A stretch of DNA of 64,000 nt from the NCBI GenBank assembly GCA_000388065.2, contig KB932208.1, one strand, 5' to 3'. Of this stretch, positions 46,694 to 59,396 are shown piece by piece (positions within the stretch are counted from its first letter, which is position 1; every line of letters starts with the position of its first letter). The DNA is from Fonticula alba ATCC 38817. Lineage: Eukaryota; Protista; Nucleariida. The translations under genes were made by a program, and so were the position numbers. Below the pieces are notes generated by a model. The model was not told where the DNA came from. It did no database searches and worked only from the letters and a program-made list of their open reading frames with translations.

Positions 46694-47583
46694 CTACTGA
46701 GAGGTGGCCGTGGTGCGGTACTTCTCCAGCAGCACCAGCCCCGGGGACCGAGGGGCCGGGGGCTGGTACACCGGGAACCGGGTGCGGAACTTCGACAGGT
46801 CGGTGATTTCCTCGCCCAGCGCCGACACCGAGGGGTCCTCCTCCGGCTCGACATACGCATCAGCCAGCGTCGGGGAGGTGGTCGATGCTCCGGTCGACGA
46901 GGGAACGGAGCTGTGGGCGGCCTCGACGGGCGCCTCGTCGCCATCGGCACGCGGGCTGGCCAGGTCGCCGGAGGTGGAGGAGGTCGGCGTGGCCACCACC
47001 GGGACCGGGTCCACATGGCTGACCATGGCGATGGTCAACGAGCTGGAGGAGTCGGCCTCCACGACGTTGGTGCGGAAGAGAGAGGTCACCTCCTCCTTGG
47101 TGACCGAGTCAAGAGCCGCAAGGAGGTGATCGACTGCGAGGCGGCAGGGGGCGTGGAGCGATGTCAGAGGCGGAAGGCCGAAAAGCGAGAGGCACCGTGG
47201 CAGGGTATCCTGGCGTAGATCCCCCCCCTCACGCGGCCATCCCCGCTTTGTGCATCAAGGGCAGGGAAAGGGATGGCACAGGGAGCATAGCTGGGGCAAG
47301 AAGGAAAAGGAGGAGGAAGAAGAAGCCAACGGGGCTGCCTGCCCGCGAGGGAGGGGTGCGAGGCACAGAGGCACAGAAACACCCGAGGCGCGCGCGCGCG
47401 AGAAGGCAGGCAGGCAGGCAGGCAGGCAACCGGGCGGGCGGGCGGGCGGGCGGGCGGGCGACAGACAGACGGACAGACAGACACACACACACACACACTG
47501 ACATACATACACACACACACACACTGACATACACCCACACTGACATACACACACACATACACACTGACATACACACACACACT

Positions 47584-47626
<43 letters not shown>

Positions 47627-49240
47627 ACACACACGCGCACGCACCCTGGTCGAAGAAGGTGTGCCCCGCGACGATGGAGCTCCACCAGCGGGCGGCCTCC
47701 TGGCCGAGGCGCTTGTCCTTCTCGGCCACCAGGGCCTTAACCGCGTCGACGTATGCCTGGAAGGACTCATCCGAGAGGGTCTCAAACTCCGTGACCAGGG
47801 CCCGGCGCATGAAGGCACGCACCCGGGACCCGATGTAGCCCGGGGTCCGGACGGCGCTCTGCACCAGGATCTTCAGCCCGGCCGAGCCAGACCCAAAGGA
47901 CACATCCGAGTGCACCACATACCCCAGCTGCTCCTTGGTGCGGAGCTGGTTGAAGGCCGGCGACTTGATGATCTGCGCGATGACCAGGATGGCCGCTCGC
48001 AGCCGGAGCGACTGGTCATCCGTGCTGGAGGGCCCGAAATTGTAGGTGGTCAGCAGGGCCGAGTTGGTCTCGGACTTGTCGGCCAGCGGCTGCAGCAGCG
48101 CATAGTGCGCGGCCTTGGGCAGGATGAGCTGCGTGCGGGCCGGCGGCCGGGGGTACGCCTCCCCGGCGTCCGGGGCACCGGCATTCACCGACAGCAACTT
48201 GTCCTCCACCAGCTTGGCCATGGCCACCGCCGACTGGGAGCCCGAGTCGGAGACGGAAATCCCAAGGGGGGGGGGGGGGGGAAGGGGCAGTCACCCATTA
48301 TGGGCAGAGGTTAGACCGCTGACGGAAACCCACATGGCGCCCAGGGGGCCCTCTCGCCCGGCGGCAGCGGGGAAAACATGGCATACGCGGCACAGGGCAC
48401 GGGATATGGACCACCACAGGGGGGTGGGGGTGGCGGCGACGCACCTCGGTCGAATGGTTGCCGATGATCAGCCCGTCAATGCAGAAGGTCTTCAGCAGCT
48501 GCGGCAGGAGGGACGAGATGAACTCGAAGGTGATGCCCGGCTCAGTGAGGTCCACCTCGCTGGGGATGTTGCTCTCCACGGCGCGGTACTCCTCGCCGCC
48601 GATGAGGGCCGCGCGCAGCTGGTGGTCGCTGAACTGGATCTTGTGCAGAGCGCGCGAGGTCTCCCGGAAGGCCAGCATGTACGGGTGGGTGCGGCTGGCA
48701 TTGATGAGCGCCCGGTTGAGGCGCTCCTTGAGGACGACAAAGCGCTCGGGGTTGATCTTGAAGTTGACAATCCGGTCGAGGATCGACTCCAGGAAGACCA
48801 GCTGCCGGTCGTTGTAGCCCGAGAGGTTGAGCTACGGCCACCAAGAGGGCGCGCGCAAGTGGCGGCGGAGAGACCCGGCCAAGAGAGTGGGTCAGGCCGA
48901 GCGAGGGAACGCAAGCACCCTTGCCCGTGCACGTGTGCGCGCGCGCGCGCGCGCAAGATGCCCTTGGGGGGAAAACGGAAAAAAGGGCACACATACCTCC
49001 AGGAAGTCCAGCTTGTTGTCGAACTTGTAGTCCAGGCCTGCCAGGGAGGCGCTGTACGAGAAGGTGGTCAGATCATCGCGGATCAGCTGCGTCAGCAGCG
49101 ACGTGGCCACGGCAAAGCGCGGGGTCGCATAGTTCAGCGGCCTAGATGATCAGGGGGGGGGGCGGGTGACAGCCGGGGTGAGGGGGGACGGTGTGCGAGA
49201 GGAGGATGAGTTAACAAGCAAAGGGCAGTGCAAGCATGTG

Positions 49241-49287
<47 letters not shown>

Positions 49288-50234
49288 ATGCGTGCATGCG
49301 TGCATGTGTCGCCGTGCACAAGGTCGGCGCAGGTGCAAGAGGCTGACATCGACGCACGTGCGGATCATGAAGCTCGCCGAGGCCTTCGGAATGTTGAAGG
49401 TGTTATCCTTCTTGTACCAGAGCCGGTTGCGTGGCGTGTCCAGCACCAGGGTCGGGTACATGGTCATCTCCTGCTCCGGGAACCAGGAGCACAGACCGGT
49501 TGGAGAGCGAGTGTGCGTGGGTGGGTATGTGTGCGTGTGTGTGTGTGAGAGAGAGAGAGAAAGAGACAGAGAGCGGTCGGAGTAGGCGGGAGACAGGGCC
49601 AAAGAGGGCACACGCGGGCGGCAGGGATGCGAAACGCACACTGCTGGTCGTCGGCTCGAGGATGTCGAAGTTGGTCGGGATGAATGCATTCGGCTCCGGC
49701 AGCGCGAGCCCAGGGTTGGGAGTGGTGGACTCCAGGCGCTGTGTGGCGCGCGCGCGTGCACGGCCAACAAGAAAAGCACAACCAAAGGAACAGGTGAGCC
49801 AAAGGGAACCGGCCATGGGGAGGCGGGGCGAGAAGTGGCAAGGGACACATATGTGTGCGCGTACAGCAAGCAGGCTCTCCGAGAAGGGCTCAACCGAGTG
49901 CTGGGTACCGTACCAGCGCTCCTTGTGCCAGGTGCCGGGACCCACGGGCGTCGGGGTGGAGGTGCCACTGGTGCCCTCGGACTCCGAGGCCGACAGGGCG
50001 GCGCTCGCCTCATCGGCGAAGTCCGAGCTGACCAGGAAGATGATGGCCTTCCGGGGGGACAGCGACTCCAGGGCGCGAGTGATGAGCTCCGGGTCATAGG
50101 CCTTGTGGATGTAGGGGCCAGCGACCACATCCTCCGGCTGGTAGATTTGCATGCCGGAGGTAGTGGCAATCGCGTGAGACATCGGGTTCTGCGGCTCGAG
50201 GAACTTGAACTGCATGTCGGCCAGGAGCTTGTTC

Positions 50235-50318
<84 letters not shown>

Positions 50319-52335
50319 CGTGCATGCGTGCGTGCGTGCGCGCGTGGAGATCATCCGGTTGGTCATGTCGGGGTTAGTCAATGCATGGGAGAAAGGGGGG
50401 ACCACGCCATCAGGCAGCACGAACCTCATCCCAAATCCAGGCCTGCGGGCCGGAGCGCTGCAGCAACGACACATAGTCAAAGATGATCCCGGCCACCTCG
50501 TCGGCATTCTCTACATGCACGGGCCCCCTCCCCGGGAGCGTGGTCAGTGCTGAGAAGCCAGTGCAATGGCGAAAGAATGATGGGCGGGGCAGGACGGGGA
50601 GCGAATGCCCAGGAGAGGCGCACCGAGACCCGAGGGAGTGAGCTCAATGCTCATGCTCAGAATGTCGAAAGAGCTGCTGGAGCTGCTGGAGCCAGAGCTC
50701 AGGCTGGTGGCATAACCTATACGGGGGATGGGCGGGGAGGGGAGAGGGGGACGGAGGCGATGGGGCAGGCAGATCACATCACAACACAGTACAACACAGC
50801 AGAGTTAGCGTCCAGTGCGATTGTCGTGCAGAAGGGAAGACAGGTGACAGAAGAGACAGCGAGAGAGAGAGAGAGAGAGGGAGGGAGGGAGGGAGGGAGG
50901 GAGGGAGGGAGGGAGAGAGGGAGAGAGGAAGACAAATGTCGTGCAAAGGAAGGACGCACCCTTCTCCATGAGCAGAGCCAGCGCACTGCCGGGGCCCTCG
51001 TGGCCAAGCAGGTGGGAGATGTACCACGAATGCCGGGCACCATAGTTCTCGGCCGTGGTGGGCGGGAAGGTGGGCCAGTTGATGCGCATGGTGCGCTGGT
51101 CATTGACCGGCACAACACGAACCTTACGCTGGGCGTTGACGTGGGGACGCGCGACCGGTCAGAGAGAGGATGACCCGAGCGCCGGCGGGGGNNNNNNNNN
51201 NNNNNNNNNNNNNNNNNNNNNNNNNNGGGGGGGGTCAGTGAACAAGGATGGCAGGGCGGGAGACGAGACTCGGGCGAGGCGTGCAGCAGGAGAGCCCCGA
51301 GGGAGGGGGCAGGAGGAAGGAAGTACCATCAGGTGAGAGGCGGGGTACGGCTCCGGGTCATAGATCGGCCGCGAGGAGGACTCGCGCTTGGGCACGCCAC
51401 TGAAGTACTTGCGAGTCCAATCCTCAAGCTCATCCAGAGAGTCTGGTCCGATGGGAGGCAAGTGACACGAGGCGAGAGGGGGCGGAGGCATGAAGGCCAT
51501 CAGAAAGAGCGAGAGGCAAAGAAAGTCAAAATGGGAGGAGTGAGGGAGGGGGGGGGGGGGAGGAAGGCAGCCGGGCCGAGACAAGAAGCAGAGGCGGGGG
51601 AAGGAAAGGCGGGCTCCTTCAGGGGAGGAGGATGGCCTGCACACCGACACGCACTGGAGCCGACGATGCAGAGGGACATCAGGTCCGAGCTGTAGTGCTT
51701 GGCGTAGAAGGACAGCAGCTCGGCCCGGGTGTCGATTTGCTGCGACTGCGGGACCACGCTCAGAGTGGCCCGGTTGCCGGTGCTGAACTTGAAGTAGGGA
51801 TGGTCCGGGCTGGCCAGGGACCGCTCGAGCTGGAACTGCCTCCAGGCATCGGACTGGAGGTTCTTCTGGTTCTCTGCGAGCGTGTGCATGCGTGTGGGTC
51901 ACGAAGAGCGGCCAGGGCGGCAAAGGAAAGAGGGCATCAGAGGGAAGGGTCAGCGGGTGAGCAGAGCCAGCTGCAAGGGGGGGGGGGGGGGGGGAACACC
52001 AGGGTGCCGGGTAGCAGGGCCGGGGAGGGGCGCATGGCGAGAGCGTACCAGACTCGACGGCCAGCAGCTCGCGCTCGGTGCCGGAGGCGCTGAACAGCGG
52101 CGACGTGAAGAACTGGGCAAAGCGATCGATGGCCCCCTCCAGGTGGGTGGGCGCAACGTCCAGGTGGTAGTTGGTATGCTCAAGGGCGGTATAGGCATTG
52201 GAGGAGCCGCCATGCTTGGCCAGGTAGTCGGAGTAGGCGCTCTCGTCGGGGAACTGTGGCCCGGGGGCGTGCGATGGTGACAGCGTGTCAGCGGCACATC
52301 CAACGAGATGCCCATGTCCATGTGCATATGCATGG

Positions 52336-52389
<54 letters not shown>

Positions 52390-52774
52390 GCCTGCGCGGG
52401 GTGCCTCAGCCAGCATAGTGCGGCCTCGATCGGCCCACCCCCCCCCCTCCCGGCCCAGGACCACCCTGGGGGCAGGTGCGACCACACGCGAACAGGCACA
52501 CACACGCAAAAGGGCCCACTCGAAGACATACCTTCTCGGTGCCGAGGAAAAGCATGTGCTCCAGGAAGTGCGCCAGCCCGGGGATGGTCACCGGGTCGGC
52601 CAGACTCCCGACATGCACGTCCATGGCCACGGCCGCGCGATCGGCCGACGGGTCACTGACGAGGACCGCACGAAGGGAGTTCGACGGCAAGGTCAGGTAC
52701 CGGTACAGGCGCTCATCGGTCAGCGGCTGGAGGATGCCCGAAGGGCAGGACCCGGAGTCCGAGGCAGCAGACAT
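46694..52774 (-). CDS. IDE: Insulin-degrading enzyme / Ste23-like M16A metalloprotease (~1090 aa from ATG 52774, 14 exons)
   Basis: Exons 52774-52532, 52253-52049, 51873-51655, 51442-51327, 51128-50960, 50716-50624, 50510-50425, 50233-49865, 49738-49640, 49470-49358, 49141-48997, 48831-48445, 48233-47645, 47133-46694, all in phase. Inverted zinc motif HFLEH, GGSSNAYT, SENQKN (third Zn ligand), HLLGHEGPGS, FNQLRTKEQLGY. Longer in-frame starts at 53002 and possibly 53570. Confidence 0.96.
47480..47642. repeat. Interrupted (CA)n microsatellite in the last IDE intron
   Basis: CA repeat with periodic CTGA/TA interruptions. Similar intronic CA/GT arrays at 50250-50314, 52338-52387, 57610-57661, 6127-6160, 35818-35845, 40408-40443. 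Confidence 0.9.
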
Positions 52775-53621
52775 GGCAGCCGAGGAGGACGAGGAGGAGC
52801 CGGCGGAAAAGGAGGACGAAGCGGCCGAGCTACCGGAGCCAGACCCGGACACCGAAGAAAAGGGGCTGAATTGCAGCCGAGGAGCCGTGTGCGTGGCCCG
52901 GCGATCGCGGTGCGTGAGAAACACCACCGAAGGGGAGGCTGAGAGCCGATGGAGGCCTGACCGCGGGATCCAGGAACCAGAGGCCGCGAGGTGAGTGAGC
53001 ATGCCGCCGCAGGTGGTGTCGTGCAGGCAGCCGAGTGGGGAGCTCTCCGTGGAGGAGAAGAAGGAAAGGCCTGAGTGAGCAGCAGCCGCTGACACTGCAC
53101 AGAGAGGCACGTGCGTCCGCCGGGAGGATGAGCAGGGGACGGCGGTTAGTGACTTCCTGCGCAAGAGTGAGCGGCCACCAGCGGGCCATGGAACTTGACA
53201 AAAGGAGGGACGAGCTGGGGAAGGACACAAGACTCATCGAAAAGTAGACGGGCTGAAAGAGGGGGATGGGGAGGATGGAGTGGGAGAGGGGGATGGAGTG
53301 GGAGAGGGGGATGGGGGGGAGAGGAAGATGGGGGGAGAGGGGCAGGGGGCTTCCGGGCGCAGTGCATTAACACATACATGCGACAAGCGACAGCACCAGC
53401 AACCCAATGCTAGAGACTAGGACGGCTGTCGCAGGACGCCGATGCCGATGCCGACCCGGCCTGGGTCTCTGTGGATCGGCCACTGGCAGGGAGGTGGTGT
53501 TGGAAGGGCACAGCGCTTGCGGGGGTGGTGCTATCGCCGGGGAGTCCTTCGCAAGGACGGGCACATGCATTGGCGCCGAGGTCGGCCAAAAGGCACGGAT
53601 AAGAGGGGGAACACACACACA

Positions 53622-53656
<35 letters not shown>

Positions 53657-56296
53657 AGAGAGGCGCGTGCGCAGAAACGCGCGAGCACACAAAGACACAC
53701 GCACACGCGCGCGTGCACACACACAAACACACCGATGGGCGAGGAGAGCGGGCAGGCGAGCGAGCCAGGCAAAGGGGGAGGGGGAAGGAGAGAGAATGAG
53801 GGGGGGGGGGGGAGGGCAACAGCCGTGGCAGGAGCTCCACTCACGAATCGAGTGCCGGGGACTGGGGACGAGCGGCTGCACACATCAGCAAGGGGTGGCT
53901 CGCGATTGCTAGGAAAAGGGAAAGCGAGAGGGGGGAGGGGGAGAGATGGCCATGTGGGAGAGAGGCGAGGGAAGAGGCGAGGGAGGGGTAATGATCGGGC
54001 AACCGGCTAGGGGAGGCGGGAAAGGGGCCCCGAGAAGTAGGGGGCGCAGGCGAAGGGCCGGCCCAGGGGCGGGGGGGACACACTGGAACAAGGGACCCAA
54101 AGGAGGGCGGAGAGGGAGGAAAAAGGGGGGGGAAGCAAGCACATGTGGGCGGGGAGCCGGGCCGTGCGGCGCGTTGAGAGCGAGAAAGGGGCCAGGACGG
54201 AGGGGCGTCTGGCGGAAATGGTGGGACTGGGCCGGGGCGGCGGGGAGAGCAAAGGGAATGAGGCTCTCGCACCCCGGCCCCCCGGCCACAAGTGGGCAGA
54301 GAAGATGTGTAGATCCGTGGGGGACTGGACCCAGGAACGGGGGGGCGTGGGGGCGTGGGGGAGCAGGACAAGGAAGGGGGCGAAGAACGGCGGAGAGAGT
54401 GGGCGTGTGGATGGACAGAATGCGCGAGTGGGGCTGGTTATGAGGGGGGTGGGGAGAAAGATCGGTATGATGGAGGGCATGACTGGGGAACGATACCGAG
54501 CGGCGATTTCTGCCAAACGCCTCCTTGGGGCCGACGGCAGGATGGTCATCCCTTTGCGCGCGCGCGCGCGCGCATGTGGCAGTCGTGCTCGTGCCCCCCG
54601 CCCGGGGGGGGGGGGCGGGGGGGGTGTAGCTGCCGGGGTCGGCGCACCCTCTCAGGGAATGCTGTGAGCGTGAACCACCCACCGGGCGGGGGAGGGGGAG
54701 CAAGAGAAGCCCTGACGGTGGGGCGTGCGCGCTCGCTGGAGATGTCGCCGCTCCCCTCCAGTCTGCCGCTCACGTCCGAGGACTTCAGATGCGTGTGCAG
54801 GTAGGTGCACATTCACAGCAGGTACACGCATATACACACACACACACGCGCGCACGCGCCTACGCGGGCCCCTGCCCCAGGGGCTGGCGGGAGGGGATCG
54901 ACGACGGCGGGTGCTGCATTGGCAGGTGTGCGTAGGTGATGTCAAGCCCCCGGGGGAAAGCCGCCGCCCTCTCCACCCCCCCCCCCCCCCCCCCCGGGCC
55001 AGGAAGGCACCAGCCCCGAGGGGCGCACCTGGGGCCGAGCAATGCGGCGACATTTCCACTTCCGGACAGCGGCGGCGCCAAGGATGAGGAGGGAGTCCCC
55101 CTCCCCCAGGGCAAATCCCGATCATGGCGGGCACCCGGCGCGGGGGGCACACCGGGCCGGTGCTCTCCGCGTTTCCTCGGGGGGGGGGCGAAAAAACACC
55201 GGCGCGCCGCCGCCCGCGCGAGTCACATCGCCCATCGCACACCGCCCATCCGTGGATGCCCCTGGTACCACTTTCTCCGATGTGTACGATGCACACTCAC
55301 GCACACACACACACACACACACACACATGTATGGCGGGCGCGCACACAAACCCGGAGGCCTGCCCCCGGCCCCGACCACCCGGCCGCCCGGCCACTTTCC
55401 CCCGTCGCCTCCTCCCGGGGAGCTGCTCAAGGGGCGACAAGGCGCCAAGACACGCACCAGGCATTTTGTTGCGCCCCCGCCCCCGCCCCCGCCCCCGCCC
55501 CCGTCCCCGTCCCCGCTCCCCCCCCCCGGGTGCGCTGGAGACTAAGCAACGCCGGCCAGGCGAGAGGTGCCAGTGATGTGGGCGCCCGGGTGGGCCCTTG
55601 CTCGTGTGATCGGCCCTTCCGGCGGCCGCGGCCGAACACGTGCGCACGCGACCCGCTATTAAACCCTCCCACCCGCTGGAGCCCGGTCGGCACTCGCGGA
55701 CTTAGGGTCTGCCGGCTTCATCAAGTGACGAGCCGGCCGCCGCAGGGTCCGCGCCCCGGATGGGCAGAAGGAGGCCCCGGCGCGGCCGCCCAGGCGCTGC
55801 CCCCGCACCCCNNNNNNNNNNNNNNNNNNNNNNNNNNNNNNNNNNNNNNNNNNNNNNNNNNNNNNNNNNNNNNNNNNNNNNNNNNNNNNNNNNNNNNNNN
55901 NNNNNNNNNNNNNNNNNNNNNNNNNNNNNNNNNNNNNNNNNNNNNNNNNNNNNNNNNNNNNNNNNNNNNNNNNNNNNNNNNNNNNNNNNNNNNNNNNNNN
56001 NNNNNNNNNNNNNNNNNNNNNNNNNNNNNNNNNNNNNNNNNNNNNNNNNNNNNNNNNNNNNNNNNNNNNNNNNNNNNNNNNNNNNNNNNNNNNNNNNNNN
56101 NNNNNNNNNNNNNNNNNNNNNNNNNNNNNNNNNNNNNNNNNNNNNNNNNNNNNNNNNNNNNNNNNNNNNNNNNNNNNNNNNNNNNNNNNNNNNNNNNNNN
56201 NNNNNNNNNNNNNNNNNNNNNNNNNNNNNNNNNNNNCCCCCCTGCCCCCTTCCCCGATCTTCCCTCCCCCTCCCCGCTTTTTTTTCCGAAGACACC

Positions 56297-57611
56297 ATGT
56301 CGAGCAAGGCCGAGACCCTGCTCCGGGTAAAGCAGCTGCGCGCCGAGGCGGACGCCCTTGAGCAGTCGATCCAGACGATCACTCCCCTGGCCGCGATTGG
56401 CAAGCACTTCGATGAGAGCCCCGCCACTCCCCTGCTGTCCACCGACCTGGCCGCGCAGCTGGAGCAGCAGGAGCAGCTCATGCTCAACGAGCTGAAGTCC
56501 TACGCCTCCCGTGATGTACCTTGCCCTCGGTCGCATGCCCCTGCGCGCCCTCTCCCCTCCCCCCTGCTTCCGGCCCTTTCTGACATATTCCCCCCTGTGC
56601 CTCCCCCCGCGACCCGCGACCCGCGACCCGCGACCCGCAGATGATCAAGCTCACCCCCCGGACGGAGGTCCTGCCGGCGCTGTCGACCGAGGGCGAGCAG
56701 ATCCTGGCCGCCGGGTTCACCCCCGACCTGGACATCCTCCGCCAGGTGGTGCAGGAGGGCAGCTACGACCTGCCGAAGCCCAACCCCGTGGCCGGGCAGC
56801 TGCTCAAGAAGAAGGTGGTCGAGCTGCAGGCCGGGAAGCTGATGCTCCCCGGCCGCGAGGCGGCCGAGCCTGTGCGCGAGCTGCTCAAGGCCCAGCTGGC
56901 CGGTGACGCGGCGGCCGCGGCCGCCGGCGCTGCTGCCCTGGACGCCGACCTGGCCAAGACCTTCGCCCTGCTGTCCGCCGAGCTGGCCACCCAGCAGGAG
57001 TACTTCCAGCATCTGACCGCCATCTCCAAGGGGGACCACTCGGCCGTCAGCAAGGACATGATCGCCGTCTTCACCCGGCGCAAGTGGGCCGCCAACAAGA
57101 AGGTCACCGTCCACCTGATCGAGAAGGGCCCGCAGTTTGCCCTTGAGGTCCAGGTCCAGGCCAAGCCCGTCCTCACCAAGAAGGACCTGGACAAGTGCGC
57201 GCTCTCTCTCTCTCTCTCTCTCCCCTCCCCTCCCCCTTGCCCTCTCCCTCCTTCGCTGGCTTCCTCCCGGCCCCGTGCAGCATGCCGTCCTGAGCCGGCG
57301 CCCTTTTGTGCACGCCCACGCCGCCGCATGCCAATTGACCAGGCGACATATACCCCCCTCCGATGAAATGACGCCAGCTACATTGCCGGGCAAATGGCCC
57401 CCTCCCGCTCGCTGAACATCGACTATGTCCGCGGCCGTGTTCCGCAAACCGGCCATCTGCACCCGCTGCTCAAGGTCCGCGAGGAGTACCGCAAGATCTT
57501 CCTCAACATGGGGTACGTACGCCATGTCTACCAGGGGGGGGGGGGGGGGAGGGCGGGGGCCGGAACCCTCCTTCGCCTCCCCTCCCGCCCACACGCGGAG
57601 ACACCCGCACA

Positions 57612-57664
<53 letters not shown>

Positions 57665-58094
57665 GCCCACTGCCACTGACCCAATGGCCCCCCGCTCGCA
57701 GCTTCACCGAGATGAAGACCAACAACTTCGTCGAGTCCTCCTTCTGGAACTTCGACACCCTCTTCCAGCCGCAGCACCACCCGGCGCGCGACGCCCATGA
57801 CACCTTCTTCGTCCGGAGCCCGGCCAAGGCTGCCCTGCCCACTTCGGCCGAGGGCCCCTGCTATGTGGAGGCCGTCAAGAAGGTCCACTCCGAGGGTGAC
57901 TTCGGCTCCATCGGCCACCGGACCCCGTGGAAGGAGGACGAGGCCCAGAAGAACATCCTCCGCACCCACACCACGGCCGCCTCTGCTCGCGCCCTGAAGG
58001 AGCTGGCCGACCAGGTACGCGGTGGCCACCATGCCCGCATCAGTCCAGCCCTCCTCCCCGCCCGCCGCCCCCCTGGCTGACCTCGCTCATGTCG

Positions 58095-58127
<33 letters not shown>

Positions 58128-58696
58128 GCCCCTCGCGTCGCACCATGGCCCGGGGGGCGTCCCTTCAGGGTGAGTTCCGCCCCGTCAAGTACTTCTCCAT
58201 CGACCGCGTCTTCCGCAATGAGACCCTGGACCATACCCATCTGGCGGAGTTCCACCAGATCGAGGGCCTCATCGCCGACCGGAACCTCTCGCTGGCCCAC
58301 CTGCTCAGCACGCTGAAGGAGTTCTTCCGCGCTCTCGGCATGAAGGACCTCCGCTTCAAGCCGGCCTACAACCCCTACACCGAGCCCTCGATGGAGGTGT
58401 TCGCCTTCCACCCCGGCCTGAAGAAGTGGATTGAGGTCGGCAACTCCGGTGTCTTCCGCCCGGAGATGCTTCGTCCCATGGGCCTGCCGGAGGATGTGTC
58501 TGTCATTGCCTGGGGCCTGTCGCTCGAGCGCCCGACCATGATTCTCTACGGCATCGACAACATCCGTGACCTGTGCGGACACACCATCGACCTGAAGCTG
58601 GTCAAGACCAACCCCTTCTGCCGTCTGAAGCCCTCGGACGAGGAGGCGGAGGAGACCTCGACCGCCGCCGCCGCCGCTGCTGCTGCCTCGCAGTAG
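56297..58696 (+). CDS. FARSA: Cytosolic phenylalanyl-tRNA synthetase alpha subunit (~582 aa)
   Basis: Exons 56297-56515, 56641-57194, 57378-57512, 57702-58014, 58169-58696. [33 protein letters not shown], motif 2 [37 protein letters not shown], motif 3 [10 protein letters not shown]. Confidence 0.97.
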
Positions 58697-59396
58697 ATGA
58701 GTGCCCTTTCTCTGCCCCGCCTCCTCTCTCGCCCTCCCCCCCCCCCCTCTGCGGGGGGGGGGGACCGGGGGAGACGCGCCAGGACCAAGTGCGGGGCGGG
58801 GAGGGACGCCTCCCCCCCTCTTGTGTCTCTCCCACCCACCCATTCGCCCACACATACACACACTTATATATATATATATCCCTATGTGCATATATGCCTA
58901 CACATGTCACCTCCCCCCTCCCCCTTTTTCAGGGACTCCTGGCGTGCCCGCGTGTGTACGTGCGGGCGGGTGGGTGTGAACAGGTGGAGGGGGCGCGCCT
59001 CCCCTCCATGCTCAGAGGGAGGAATGTCCCACACATGCGCGCACACATACGCGCACACGCGGCCATGCTCAAGGCCGGCTGCTGTCAAGAATACCAAAAA
59101 ACAAACCCGGTGCCAAGACGCCCCCCACCCCGAAGACATCCAAATCCAGACCCCCCGGCGAGTGGGTGGCGTGTGGGACGTAGAGGGGGGTATATTGCGC
59201 GTGCCAACTCGCTCGGGCGCGGGCTTCCACACGGCCGGCGCGGGGGAGAAAAGAGGTGATGCACCCACTGGGGAGTCTAAACATGCGCGTGTAGAGAGGG
59301 AGGGGGGGGGGGGGGGGAACCCATCGCAACAGCCGGATGGGTGACGAGGAGAGCGACCACCGCGGGCTCGCCTCCGACAGGCGGACCGGGTGCCCG

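Noticed and set aside
49150-50620. ORFs with CVCVCV or HTHTHT runs as Cys/His metal-binding proteins
   Set aside because: Translations of intronic (GT)n/(CA)n microsatellites.
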